DNA of 64,000 bases from Hormiphora californensis. Taxonomy: Eukaryota; Animalia; Ctenophora. A program made the translations under genes and the position numbers. The notes beneath the pieces were generated by a model. That model was given only the letters and a program-made list of their open reading frames with translations. It did not search any database and had not been told where the DNA came from. The stretch covers positions 6,014,001 to 6,078,000 of the forward strand of contig CM035362.1 in assembly GCA_020137815.1 (NCBI GenBank), given 5' to 3'. This document shows positions 1-34,412 of this stretch, one piece after another (position 1 is the first letter of the stretch; every line of letters begins with the position of its first letter).

Positions 1-1075
1 TTTTTTGGGTGGTTGGAGATGTCTCATTTTGTCTTCCGGGGCCAGGGTCACGTGATATCTATCCAAATTTGGTGTTTCAGATAGCCCGCCTCGGTCTGCT
101 AATTTGAAACACCCGTATCTCCCTCAATTTCTCCACGAAACCGAAATTTTTGACATGGAATAGTTAGAAAAGGGTTGTGCAGAGCCATTCCATGTCTGAA
201 ATCTGAATATGTTTGCATGTGCTTGGTGCAGTGAATGTTTCCAAAAAGTGTTTCAAATAGCCAGGAAAACGGTTTTTGCCCCAAATTCGGCCAATTTTTG
301 GCGGAAATGGCTAAACTCATAATTCATATCCTCCCTATGCTCAAAATGAACATCAAAAATTTCCGACAGCGGATTTGGAGAAAAGTGTTTCAAATAGCCC
401 TACGCGGTGTTTCAAGTTACCAGACTCGCTTGCCCTGCAGCTCATAACATAGCGAAAACCACTGAACCCGACTAATTTCGATACGCTGAATCACGTAAGC
501 AACTTTTCCAATCCGTATGAGGTCGATAAAGTGCCCTAATTGAGTATAATTGGGTCTAATTGACCTTAATTGCTCAATTAAGGCACTTTCCCGACCTCTG
601 AGGGATTGGAAAGGTTGCTTACGTGATTCAGCGTATCAAAATTAGTCGGAAAAGTGCCCTCACATAAGTATAAAATATAAATCATTTCCAGGTGAAAAGT
701 TGTAAATGGGGTCAATAAGACCCAATTATGCTTAATTAGAACACTTTTCCGATCTGAGACGGAGCCCAGAGGTTTAAAACGCTATTTATAATTATATTTA
801 AGTTTCTCAATTTTCATTTTTTGAAATAAAAAGGAAATCTTTGAATTTTTTGTTTAAACACAAGGATTGTTTCTATTCCAGAATTTAAAACAACGGCATG
901 AGTGCCTACTGTTTGCTATGCATCTTCCAAGACAAGCTACTACATACGCGGCACTACGTTTCAAATAGCCAGACCATGCGTTTCAAATAGTCAGACACTG
1001 TTTCACATTGGCAGGCGTTTCAAATAGCCAGTGGCTACCCTATATTGGTTTTTGCCTTGTCCGACTAGGCCGGGA
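1..1075. repeat. Repetitive element fragment (tttcaaatagcc repeats; inverted repeat ~468-650)
   Basis: Recurrent subterminal-like motifs and a hairpin; no coding signal. Confidence 0.5.
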
Positions 1076-1184
1076 GAGTAACGGAGGAATAACGACAAAG
1101 GGGTATGATGGACGAGGGAGATATTTCTGTTGTTTTCAAAAATATCGATTAGAGATCTATAGGCGTGAGTTGATGAAGCATTAC

Positions 1185-6464
<5,280 letters not shown>

Positions 6465-6908
6465 GATGTTAGGCTAGATATATGTGGAGGTGGGTTAGAG
6501 ATGGGTTAGAATAGATGTTAGAGATGATAGGATGTGGGTTTAAGAGGGATATCTTCTTCTTCTTCTTCTGGGAGCACCGGGTTTGGAACCCCAATGAACT
6601 ATCGCAACATGGAAAGGGGGATCGGGACAACAGAGAAAAAGGCAATCATCATGTTACAGCAAATATAAAAAGGGCCACAGCTTAACTCGAGATAGACAAA
6701 GTCCTACCAAACGATATTCTTGGATGCTGGAAAACTCTACGCAGAGTTCTGCAGTGCCAACTGTAACAGAAACTCAGCATTCGTGTTGCTATGGAAACTC
6801 GGCATTCGTGTTGCCATGGAAACTCTTGTTGCTATGGAAACTCTAACTCTTGTTGCTATGGAAACTCTAACTCGTGTTGCTATGGAAACTCTTGTTGCTA
6901 TGGAAACT

Positions 6909-22432
<15,524 letters not shown>

Positions 22433-22665
22433 GTTAGAGAAAGTATAATGGTGCTCTCACATTGTGCTACGTCAGGAATAGTAAATTTAATTGTAAAATG
22501 TAAAATTTGAAGCTCTTTTTTGGCTGAAAGTTTTACAGTCACAGAAAACGGCATGAAATTGGTGCTCCATCATATAAGCATACACGTGTACCAATATGAC
22601 GGAGCAAAAAAAGGAATCAGTGCGTTATTTACTGGTTACAATCAAAACTAAAACCCTTCAAAATA

Positions 22666-24132
22666 TCACAACAAACTGTTATTTAACATTTCTGAACATT
22701 TTACCTCGTGTCTTGCCCTCAACCTGGTGCACCTAAATGTTTTACTGCAGTTTCTACAGAGAAATGGTTTCTCCCCAGTGTGTATCATCATGTGTCTCTT
22801 CATACTACTTTTCTGTGAAAATGCCTTTCCACAGACCTCACATTTGAATGGACGCTCTCCAGTATGAACCAGTTGGTGTGTTTTATAATCGTTCTTTCGA
22901 TCAAACCGCTTCCCACAGTCCTCACATTGGAAAAGCTTAGTTCCACTGTGCCTCCGAAGGTGAATTTCTAGTACTGGTCTCGTCTTAAAACTCATCGGAC
23001 AAATATCACACTGGAACTCTCTTTTTGGGTGAGCAGTTTCAATGTGCTCGTTTAACTCGGATCTTGGTAATCGAACTCCACAATTTTTGATACGACAAGG
23101 GATGAAGTTATTGTCACTATGAAACACAAGACGATGTTGATCTAAATTTCCTTGACGAGGAAAGCTTTTTCCACACTCCTTACATTTGTATGGTTTGTAT
23201 CCACTGTGGGCCAGATGGTGTCGAGTAAGATCCGAAGGTTTTACAAAAGCCATGGGACAAACATCACAGAAGTGTTTTCTATCAGGATGGTCGTCTCGAA
23301 TGTGCTGATACAAGTCCGTCTCTGATGACTTCCAAACTGAACAACTCCTGATTTTGCACTGGAATATTTCAGCACTTAACTCGAGTCCACCATTAATTAA
23401 AGTAGCAGGTTCTTGAGAAAGGGATTGTTGGGGAAGGACTTGCAGAAGAGGGTGATTTGCAGATGCTGACTCAAATGCGTCTCCTTCACTCGAATCTTGT
23501 TTACTGCAATTATTATCCCCTCCAGTTAGGGCCAGGACACCTGCAGAATAAATTTACAATTAGATACGATAATCAGTATCAAAATAAAACCAGCGATACG
23601 TATAACAGCAATCCATAATTCTTGATACTATAAATATTGCCTATAAAAGACTAAAATTCATTAGAAATGATTTATACAGTCGGACCCCAATTTATACCGG
23701 AAAGCTCTGGAGAAAGGGTCTTGACTCTTGCCCGGTATATCGGGGCCAAATAAACTGTTAATTTCCTATTTCGGGGGAAGTTCATCCTGATCCCGGTTAA
23801 TTTTGGTGGCGCCGTCACCTTTCTAGCGGGTTTCGTTTTGGCCCGCTACGTGCGCGAGTTGTAAGGGTGACTGCATCACCAACGGTAAATTGGGGTCCGA
23901 CTGCAGTATAATAGTACCAAGGATTAGCTCGGTGAAAATATCACGCTCAAGACTAACTATTATCTGAGGAAACTGCACTTGATGCAGTATCATAAATTTC
24001 GCAGGGGGTAAACATCTCAACTTTGATGTCATTTTCCATAGGTTCGGATTTTAGAAGCGGAAGAATTTCAATCTTTCTATCAGTTTTCGTGACAGGCTCT
24101 TCTGAACTACCAGGTTTTCTTTTTGCCATCAT
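22666..24132 (-). CDS. C2H2 zinc-finger protein 1 of tandem cluster (2 exons)
   Basis: Exon 1 MMAKRKP...PLLKSEP...; exon 2 with CxxC...HxxxH fingers and HTGE(R/K)PF linkers (ORF 22666-23313 extended upstream in frame). Confidence 0.9.
23677..23903. mobile_element. Tc1/mariner-type MITE (relatives at ~38292-38436, ~43735, ~59765)
   Basis: ta-cagtcggacccc ... ggggtccgactg termini. Confidence 0.65.
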
Positions 24133-24291
24133 ATATACCCTGTATGAAGAAGGGAAAGTGTTAAATCAGTGTTATTGTCCTGAGATGTCACGACTTGACG
24201 GACAGAAAATAGTAATGGAAGGGGGAGGGGGAGACACAAGTTCAATAAGAAACAGACAGAAAAATAATAAATAGTGCATCAAAATCCTCAC

Positions 24292-24438
24292 TAGTGGAAG
24301 CTCTTACGGTTTTTTCCAACACATACGGCTCAAACTCTGCTCTGTGATTGGCTGAAACTTCCAGGAAGGGAAATTTCAGCCAATCATAGTACAGATTTTG
24401 AGCCGTGCGTGTGGGAAAAACCGTAAGAGATTCCACTA
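24292..24438. mobile_element. MITE between ZF genes 1 and 2
   Basis: tagtggaagctcttacggtttt / aaaaccgtaagagattccacta inverted ends. Confidence 0.7.
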
Positions 24439-24505
24439 CACCGCTTTCTCTGTCAATTCAGTTTTACAACTAAAATTAAAACCGTGTAAAGTATCAAACA
24501 AACAG

Positions 24506-26658
24506 TTACTTCTTTTCTAAACATTTTAACTCGTGAATATGCCTGTTATCGGAACGAATAAATTGTTTACTGCAATTACTACAGGAAAATGGTTTCTCAC
24601 CAGTGTGAATTCTCATGTGACTTTTCATGCTACCTTTTTGAGTGAATTTCTTTCCACAGACCTCACATTTGAATGGGCACTCACCAGTATGAACCAGTTT
24701 GTGCCTTTTATAATTACTCGATTGACCAAACGTCTTCCCACACTCCTCACATTTAAAGGATTTAATTCCATAATGTATCTGTTGGTGATTAACTAAGTTG
24801 TAATTTGACGTGAAACTCATAGGACAAATATCACACTGGAATTTTCTTTTTGGGTGTACAGTTTCAATGTGCTCGTACAACTCTGATTTAGGTAATCTGA
24901 CTCCACAGTTTTTGACACGGCAGGAGATAATATTGCTATGAACAAGAATATGATGTTGATTTAAGTGATTTTCACTACCAAAGCTCTTTTCACACTCCTT
25001 ACATTTGTATGGTTTGTATCCACTGTGACTCAGATGGTGTTGAGTAAGATTAGAAGGTTTCACAAAAGCCATGGGACAGACATCACAGAAGTGTTTTCTA
25101 TCTGGATGGTCGTCTCGAATGTGCTGATACAAGTCCTTATCTGATGACATAAAAACCGTACAATCCTTGATTTTACATTGGAATCCTGAATTTTCACCAT
25201 TCCCTTCGACAAACCCCATAGAAATCGGTTTCCCTCGTTGATTTAATTCACTGCGAAGATGTTTTAGCTGAAAATTAATTTGACTTGAAGACTCGTCGAG
25301 ATAAGCTTCTGGAACTTGATTCATTTCAGCTCCTTCGATGTTTTCTATCTTCCCAGTAGATTTCATGCAGGGTTCTGGATAGTTGGGAGTGCTTTGCTGT
25401 TGAAGGATCTGTTGTTGCCGGTGAAGAGGGGGATGTGCAGATTGAGGCAGTTGTGTTTCTTTTGGTGTTGACTCGACTTTATCCAATTTAGAAATCGTAT
25501 CAACTGAAAATAAAAAGACGAGAATTAGAAATTCACCGACTAACAAGATTTTTTTGCACTATGTATCCATAGCGCTATATTTCCCTGCCATCCTAAGTCC
25601 TGTACTTCTGACCAAAAAACCTACATTCAATAAGATTCTCCGTGTGTTGTCTGAGGTGGGCATCCATGTCTGTCTGACTGCGAAAACTGACCACACATAA
25701 GCGGCAGGTGTATTTCTTATCACCTGCAGCAAAATTTTTAGCATTTATGATGTTAACGTGAAAAATGAACAAATTAACTGGGTAATTTGATCCCTAATTG
25801 TACAATGTTTACCTGACACTTCCCCAACCAGGTCCTTATCTAGGTCTTCATCTTCATCAATCTCCTCCTCCATGTAGGCCTCACCCAGGTCCTCATCCTC
25901 AATAATCGTAGCTACCCAGCCGCACCTGTACTATCTCCTGCAGCATAGTGTTACCAGTGAGTAATTGCGTGCGCCAGAATGCATGTTAATAATTTCCTTT
26001 GTTGCATCAACAAAGAGTGATTCTAAAGATTTATAAGGGAGCAGACTTTGTTACTATGTATAACGGTGGACAGACGAACAATTTTAGTTAACCCCCAAAA
26101 TTACTGATTTCTAAACCCTGAATGATCTTTTCAGCACGTGCGTGCTAAAAAGATCATCAGGACGAATGCTTTCGTCATTCATCCGGGCAGGGAAAAAATT
26201 GATGAAATGAATGACATTCGGCTCACAAACTCACGAGAAGTAGAAGAAATATCAGGAACTATAGAGTCATAGTAAAAAGGATCAGAGTTCTCCATCTTTA
26301 CAGGATCCATTGCCATTTCATCATCCAAACATCCATCCTCCAATTGAATAACTTCAGGGGTCTCTACTTGAATCCCGGCATCACTTGACCCGGTTTGAGT
26401 TCCAACTTCCACCAACATGGCTGTTTTAACAAGTCTATACCCTGAATCCAAACGACCACTACCTGATTTTCCACATCCATCACATATGAATACAATGTTG
26501 TTTTGTTCTGTGATTGATATAAGGCAGGGTGAGTTTACCACATGCTTGATGTCATCTTCCATGTACATTGGTTCAGTTTTCAGAAGGGGAGGAATTTCAA
26601 ACTTTCTACCAGCTGTTGATGATACGAAGCTACATTCACTTGGTTTCAGGTTTGCCAT
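24506..26658 (-). CDS. C2H2 zinc-finger protein 2 (extra internal exons)
   Basis: ORF 26179-26658 (IPPLLKTEP motif), an internal finger exon near 25600-25722 (CRLC...HLRQH), and finger array 24506-25500. Confidence 0.85.
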
Positions 26659-26829
26659 GATTTAACCTGCATGGAAATATTATTTTTTAAACAGTGAATG
26701 TGTTATTCTTTTGGACAAAAAATAGTAATAGAAGGGGGAAAGGGAGACACAACTACAAGTTCAATAAAATATACACGGGAAAATAATGAATAGTGCATCA
26801 AACACGTTAAAAATATTTAAATCATAAAT

Positions 26830-29754
26830 GAGGGACCTAGTTCCATAATGGTATATCTGCACAAAGTGCATTTCGAGATAATCGCGAAAAACCAATTTTT
26901 AAGATTTTTATGATGTTCAATCGTTCATAACTTTTTCTGTATAAGTTAGACGCATAAAACCTATATCATTCTGCAAAAGGTATTTGTTTTGGCAACATTT
27001 TGCACCTATGCTTCCCTAGATAGCACCTTTCAGTAAAAAATATCTGGAAATATTCCACAAAATGGGACTAAAATTGCGGTATAACTGCAGTTATACCATG
27101 AAAATTGGTCATTTTTTCATGGTATAACTGCAGAAAATAACCGCCGGAAATCATCTGTTCCAGAAGAAGGCATCTAAGCTTCATACTTTCACCAGTGATG
27201 GTACCCTCTGCAAGAGTCAGATCGACTATATTCTGGTCAGGAGTAAGTGGCGGAACTCTCTGCGGAACCTTGAGGTGGTGGACTCTTTCGGGGATGTCGG
27301 CTCAGATCACCGTGCAGTACTGGGTTTCATACGGCTGAGTCTCCGGAAGACAAAACGACCCAAGGGCCAGATCAGATATGACTTCACTCAGCTGAAGGAG
27401 GATACTGATTTACAGGACGAGTACAGTGTAGAGGTGAACAATCGTTTTGATGTTCTGAAGCAGGATGTGGAACTGAATGACGGTTCTGGGAGGTACGGGG
27501 CATTCGTTACCGCTGTCACTGAGACTAACAGTCGTTTGCTCCCCCGCAAGAGGAAACGAACCCATGACACAGCGATGGATGACCCTAGAGTTCAGACAGA
27601 CCGCGAGGAGTTATTTGTGGCAAAAAGGGCTTTCTTTCATGACCCCACGGAGGAGAGTAGGTGTGTGGTCAGTGAGAAGAAGGAGGCTCTTAGTGCTACA
27701 CATGCCCTGGTGACTGAGGAGATTGTTAGTAGGAAAATAAGGCGTGTGGAGGCGGCCACTGATGAGAGGAAGAGTAAGGAGGCTTGGGATCTTATTAGAG
27801 ATGTTACCGGAGGTGGTCGTCCTGGTGGTCTTGTGGAGGGTGGCAGCGCGGAAGGAAGGTTAGAATCGTGGAGGAACCATTTCTCTGGGATACTGGGCGC
27901 CCCGCCTGATGTCCCTGATGAGGACCTGACAGTTCACACGGTTAGTGAGGAACTTCCCATTTCTACCGACCGGTTCACTGCAGAGGAGTTTGATACTGCT
28001 AGGAGGTCGATCAAAGAAGGCAAGGCGTCGGGTGATGATGGTGTTGCACCGGAGGTGTTGAAGAGAGGAGGAGTGAGTGAGATCATGCTGGACTTCTACA
28101 ACGATGCTCTGGAGAATGGTAGCTTCCCGGATCAGTGGAGGAATCTCCTTATAGTCCCTGTTCCTAAAAAGGGCGACCTCACCAAAACTGGGAACTACAG
28201 GGGGATCTCTCTTACTTCTGTGGCTCTAAAGACCCTTAATAAGATTATCCTTAACCGGTTACTGCCCCACGTTGAGCCACTTCTGAGGGACAACCAAAAC
28301 GGTTTCCGCCCTGGACGTTCAACAACGTCCCACATCCTGGCTCTGCGGCGGTTACTGGAAGGTGTAACTGAGCGTAAACTTACCTCAGTTATACTATTTG
28401 TTGATTTTAAACGGGCCTTCGATTCAATACACAGAGGAACCCTTATGCGTATCCTGAGAGCCTACGGGATCCCGGAGAAGCTAGTTAGTCTGATCGAGTG
28501 CTCCTACCGGGACACAATCGCCCGGGTCAAAACGGAGGATGGTCTTACTGAAGCCATTGCTATTCTGGCAGGCGTACTGCAGGGGGACACTCTGGCACCA
28601 TACCTCTTCATCATCGTCATCGATTACGTCATGAGGCAGGCTCTGGAGGGTAAGGACTTTGGCTTCACGATCACCAGGCGAAGGAGTCGTCGTCATCCCG
28701 AGGTGAAGATCTCTGACACCGACTATGCGGACGATCTGTCACTGCTAGCCGATACGATCGACGAGGCTCAGGAGTTTCTTCTGAGTCTGGAGAGTGCTGC
28801 TGCAGCGGTTGGTTTACATCTCAACGAGGGGAAGACCAAGTTTATGGCCACTGGATATGAGGAGCCCTCCCTCGTGACTGCGAGTGGTAGGCAACTGGAA
28901 TGGGTGGATGACTTCGTCTACCTGGGTGCTCATCTCCGGTCCACAGAGCACGATTTCAATGTAAGGAAGGCCAAGGCCTGGGCGGCTTGTCATCGCTTGA
29001 GGAGTGTATGGAAGACTGACATGAGGAGGAGTTGCAAGGTTAATCTGTTCAGAACAACAGTGGAAGCCATACTACTCTATGGAGCAGAGACCTGGACACT
29101 TACAGCTAGTCTGGAAAAACGCCTGGATGGATGTCATAGTAACATGCTGAGAATGGCACTGGGTATCAATTGGTGGGACAAGGTGCGGAATGAGGACGTC
29201 TATCAGAATATTCCCAGGGCATCTGAAACTGTTCGAGCTCGCAGATTAAGGCTGGCTGGTCATATACAGCGCCATCCCGAGCTTACTGCTCACCAGCTTC
29301 TTTTCTGGGAGCCGGACAGAGGGAATCGTAGCAGGGGGAGGCCCCAGAAGACTTTCCTTAAGCAAATCAGGGACGATACTGGTCTTGCATCCGATAACGA
29401 GATAAAGGAGCTTATGCAAAACCGGGAGCTGTGGCGGACTGATATAGTTGCTCGGACACGGAAGCCGCCCTAAGTCAAGTAAGTCATAACTGCAGATATA
29501 CCACAGATATACCATGTATATACCAGCTATATATCTTCAGATATACCACAGTTATAACAAAGTGTTGCAAAATTTTGGTATTTCATAATAATATCTTTAG
29601 ATATACCATTTTTTTGTGTTCCCGAGGTCAGATCTTCACCAAAATTGGTCAAGAGGTACATTAGACCATCCCAAACATGCTCCTATAGGCTCCTTATAAG
29701 GATATCTCCATTTTGGTATATCTGCACTTATACCATTATGGAACCAGCTCCCTC
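26830..29754. mobile_element. Non-autonomous TIR element (GAG...CTC termini, 4-bp TSD; Sola-like) hosting the RTE
   Basis: gagggacctagttccataatggtata / tataccattatggaaccagctccctc, flanked by aaat on both sides. Confidence 0.65.
27135..29485 (+). mobile_element. 5'-truncated RTE/RTEX-like LINE inserted in a DNA element
   Basis: 732-aa ORF (SDH, NYRGISL, QNGFR, GVLQGDTLAP, YADD, RSRGRP); taagtc/aagt repeat tail; 11-bp TSD ataactgcaga at 27124-27134 and 29486-29496. Confidence 0.92.
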
Positions 29755-29802
29755 AAATACTGCTTTCTCTGCCAATTACTTTTTACAACTAAAAATAAAA
29801 TC

Positions 29803-30964
29803 CTACAAAGAAAATGGTTTCTCCCCAGTGTGTATCATCATGTGCCTCTTCATACTACTTTTCTGTGAAAATGCCTTTCCACAGACCTTACATTTGAATG
29901 GACGCTCACTAGTATGAACCAGTTGGTGTGTTTTATAATGACCGATTTGAGTAAACGTCTTCTCACACATCTCACAAGCAAAAGGTTTGATTCCACTATG
30001 TACCCGCTGGTGTTGATTCAATTCCTTATTAGTTTTGAAACTCATCGGACAAATATCACACTGGAACTTCTTTTTTGGGTGTGCAGTTTCAATGTGCTCG
30101 TACAACTCTGCTTTAGGTAGTCTAACTCCACAGTTTTTAATTGGGCACGAAACAATATTGCTATGAACAAGGCTCTGGTGTTGATGTAACTGATGTTTAA
30201 GGACAAAGCTTTTTCCACACTCCTTACATTTGTATGGTTTGTATCCACTGTGGGCCAGATGGTGTCGAGTAAGATGAGAAACTTTCTTGAAAGCCATAGG
30301 ACAAACATCACAGAAGTGTTTTCTATCAGGATGGTCGTCTCGAATGTGCTGATACAAGTCCTTCTCTGATGACTTCCAAACTGAACAATTCTGAATTTTA
30401 CACTGAAATAGTTTCCGGTTTAGTACATCACAGTCCAGTAAAGTAGAAGGTTTTTTAGAAATGGATTGTTGGTGAATAACTCGTTTACATAGGGAAAGAG
30501 GTGGATCTGCAGTGGCTGACTCTTCTCCTTCACTAGAATCTTGTTTATTGGATTTCTCACCTCCAGTTTGGATTGGAACACCTGTAGGATAGATGTGATA
30601 ATCATAATTGAATATGAATCCAACAAGGCTTTAAAACAATGATTCATAACGTTTGATAATACAAATAATGTTAATATAATATGTGTAGGAATACTGAAGA
30701 CTTGAAATTATGTTATAAAACTTCCCAGTCTTCAGTAGTCCATTGTTCAAATACCAGGTATAAATATCACCCCCAAAACTCACCATAATCTGAGGAAACC
30801 ACATTTGATGGAGCATCAGATATTTGGCACGGAATAAACATTACAGGTTTGATGTCACTTTCCACATATATTGGTTCGGTTTTTAGAAGGGGAGGAATGT
30901 CAAACTTTCTACCAGTTGTCAATGAGACTGAATTACTAGATTCACCAGATTCCAGGTCTGTCAT
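29803..30964 (-). CDS. C2H2 zinc-finger protein 3 (last finger truncated)
   Basis: Same two-exon layout as its paralogs; ends HTGEKPFSL* where paralogs continue into another finger. Confidence 0.85.
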
Positions 30965-31220
30965 GATGTAACCTACGGGAGAAGAGGACTTTGAAACAGT
31001 GGTAATTGCCTACAAATAAAATTAGAAGGGAGGGGAGGGAGGAAATAAACACAAAGTCAATAGACGGTACATAAAACAAGTGAAAGTTAAGAACTTGACA
31101 TTTAACGTCAAAACGTTAAAAGACCACCACAAACATTGTCTTCGCCCAATTCACCTTTTAAAATTAAGTTGCTGTAAAAAGTTGATAAAAATCATATTGT
31201 AATAGTCAATACTACTTTAC

Positions 31221-32457
31221 TCAACAATTAACCTCGTGAATAAATCTTTCAGAAGCCCGACTAAATGTCTTTCCACATTTACAGCAATGAAAGGGCTTCT
31301 CCCCAGCGTGAATCCTTATGTGCCGATTCAAGTGACTTTTCTGAGTAAATTTCTTTCCACAGACCTCACATTTGAATGGATGCTCACCAGTATGAACCAG
31401 TTTGTGTCTTTTATAATTACCAATTTGAGTAAATTTCATCTCACAAACCTCACATTTAAAAGGTTTGATTCCACTATGTACCCGCTGGTGTTCATTCAAT
31501 TCCTTGTTATTTTTGAAACTCATCGGACAAATATCACACTGGAACTTCTTTTTTGGGTGAACAGTTTCAATGTGCTCGTACAACTCTGCTTTAGGTAATC
31601 TAATTCCACAATTTTTGACAGGGCATGAAACAATATTGCTATGAACAAGGATCTGATGTTTATGTAACTGATGTTTATGGACAAAGCTTTTTCCACACTC
31701 CTTACATTTGTGTGGTTTGTATCCACTGTGGGCCAGATGATGTGCAGTAAGATGCCAATCTTGTTTGAAAGCCATAGGACAAACATCACAGAAGTGTTTT
31801 CTATCAGGATGGTCGTCTCGAATGTGCTGATACAAGTCCTTATCTGATGACTTCCAAACAGAACAATCCTTAATTTTACACTGAAATAGTTTAACACGTT
31901 TGATACACAGAATCATCCTTGTAGGTTTTAGTTCAGTTTTAAAAGTAGGATGATCTTTAGGAAGGGATTGCTGGGGAATATCTCGTCGTCGATGGGAAGC
32001 GGGTGGATTTGCAGTGATTAACTCTCCTCCTTCACTAGAATCCTGTTTATTGAATTTCTCACCTCCAGTTTGAATCGAAACACCTGTAGGATAGATGTGA
32101 TAATCATTATTGCAAATGGAACCAACAAGGCTTCAAAACAATGATTCATAACGTTTGATACTACAAATAATGTTAACAAAGCACAACTGAAGACTTGAAG
32201 TTATGTTATAAAATCTTCCAATCTTTAGTAGTCCATTGTTCAAATACCAGGTATAAATGTCACCCTCACAACTCACCATAATCTGAGGAAACCACATTTG
32301 ATGGAGCATCAGATATTGTGCAGGGAGTAAACATTACAGGTTTGATGTCACTTTCCACGTATATTGGTTCTGTTTTCAGAAGGGGAGGAACTTCAAACTG
32401 TCTACCAGTTGTCAATGATACTGGATTACTAGATTCACCAGGTTTTTTATTTGCCAT
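31221..32457 (-). CDS. C2H2 zinc-finger protein 4
   Basis: Exon 1 in ORF 32266-32457 (VPPLLKTEP); finger exon in ORF 31221-31916. Confidence 0.9.
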
Positions 32458-32889
32458 GATTTAACCTGCGAGAAAAAAGAACTTTAAAACAGTGGTAAAT
32501 CCCTGCACATATAATTAGAATTGGGAGGGGAGAGAGGAAATAAACACAAAGTCAATAGATAGAACATAAAAAATAATTGATATTTAACCACCATATATAA
32601 ACACAATTTCTTCGCTTAAATTCATCTTCATCTTTTAAAGGTTTGCAAGATACACAATAAATATTAAATATTTTCTTCTTTTTGTCGTATAGGAAAATAT
32701 TCAAAACATGGCGCTTTCCATAGAAGATAAGTTTTAGGTATCTTGTTATAAAATTAAATCTTTGTCAAATGTTCATATCATTAAAATCATTACTCTTCTC
32801 CTGAACAAGTTACCTCATGAACACGTCTAACAGAAGTAAACAGCCAATCAGAACTCGTTATTTAGGTCACGTGACTGGTTATCAGCCAA

Positions 32890-34040
32890 TCAGGGACCAG
32901 TATTTCCTCCCGAACAAGTTACCTCATGAACACGTCTAACAGAAGCTTGATTAAATTGTTTCCCACATTTATTACAAGAAAAAGGTTTCTCCCCAGTGTG
33001 TGTCCTAATGTGATTTCTCAGGTGACCTCCTTCAGTAAATGCCTTTCCACAGACCTCACATTTGAAAGGGCGGTCTCCAGAATGAATCTTTTTGTGTTTG
33101 TTGAAGCTAGACGATGATGCAAACTTCTTACCACATTCCTCACAAGTGTAAGGTTTAACTCCACTGTGAGTTCTACCATGAGCATCTAATTCTTGTTTTC
33201 TTTTAAAAGACATAGGACAAACATCACACTGGAACTTCTCTTTTGGGTGTGCAGTTTCAATGTGCTCGTACAACTCTGCTTTAGGTAATCGAACTCTACA
33301 ATTTTTGACAGGGCATGAAACATTATTGCTATGAATAAGGATTATGTGTTGATGCAAATGATGTTTAAGGACAAAGCTTTTTTCACACTCCTTACATTTG
33401 TGTGGTTTAGATTTACTGTGGGCCAGGTGATGTCGAGTGAGTTTCGAAAGTTTTTCAAAAGCCATGGGACAAACATCACAGAAGTGTTTTCTATCAGGAT
33501 GGTCGTCTCGAATGTGCTGATACATATCTGTATCTGATGACTTCCAAACTGAACAACCCATGATTTTACACTGAAATACTTTAGCACGTTTGTTATTGTT
33601 TTGTTCAGATTCAGAAGTGGCAGGATCCTTACTAAGAGATTGCTGGGAAGAAGTTGGATTTGAAGTGGCTGACTCTTCTCCTTCACTAGAATCTTGTTTA
33701 TTGAATTTCTCATCTCCAGACTGGATCGAAACACCTGTTGGATAGATGTGATAATCATTATTGAAAATGAAACCAATTAGACTCAGTAACAATGATTTGA
33801 TCACCATTTATCTACAACATTGATAATGAAAATAATTCTGATGAAAAGGCTACCGAAGACTTGCAGATATTATAAAATCTTCCAGGCTTTAGTAGACCAT
33901 AGTTCAAAAACCAGGTATAAATATCACGCTCAAAACTCACCATAATCAGAGGAAAGCACATTTGATGGAGCATCAGATATTGGGCAGGGAGCTGTCAATG
34001 ATACTAAATTATCAGATTCACAAGGTTTTAGGTCTGCCAT
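32890..34040 (-). CDS. C2H2 zinc-finger protein 5 (exon 1 internally deleted; stop codon supplied by a MITE fragment)
   Basis: Finger ORF 32890-33807. Exon 1 (34040-33940) lacks the PPLLKTEP block. Confidence 0.85.
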
Positions 34041-34412
34041 GATTTAACTTCGGGAAAAGATAGCTTAAAAAAGTGGTAATAAGTAAACAACCAATTAGAA
34101 CTGGTTATTTAGGTCACGTGACTGGTTATCAGCCAATCAGGGTCCAGTATTTCCTGATTTGGCCGGTTCCTGAATTCAGGAAAAGATAGCTTAAAAAAGT
34201 GGTAATAGACTTCACATATACATTAGAAGGGAGGGTAGGGAGGAAAGAAACACAATCTCAATGGAAAGCACATAAAACAAGTTAAAGTTAAATACTTGAC
34301 AGTTGTCAAAAGACCACCATATAATAAGCACTTTCTTTCCCCTTTCAGTTTTATAACTTAAAAAGTAAATTACTGTCCAATGTTGATAAAAATCATATCG
34401 TGATAGTCGATA

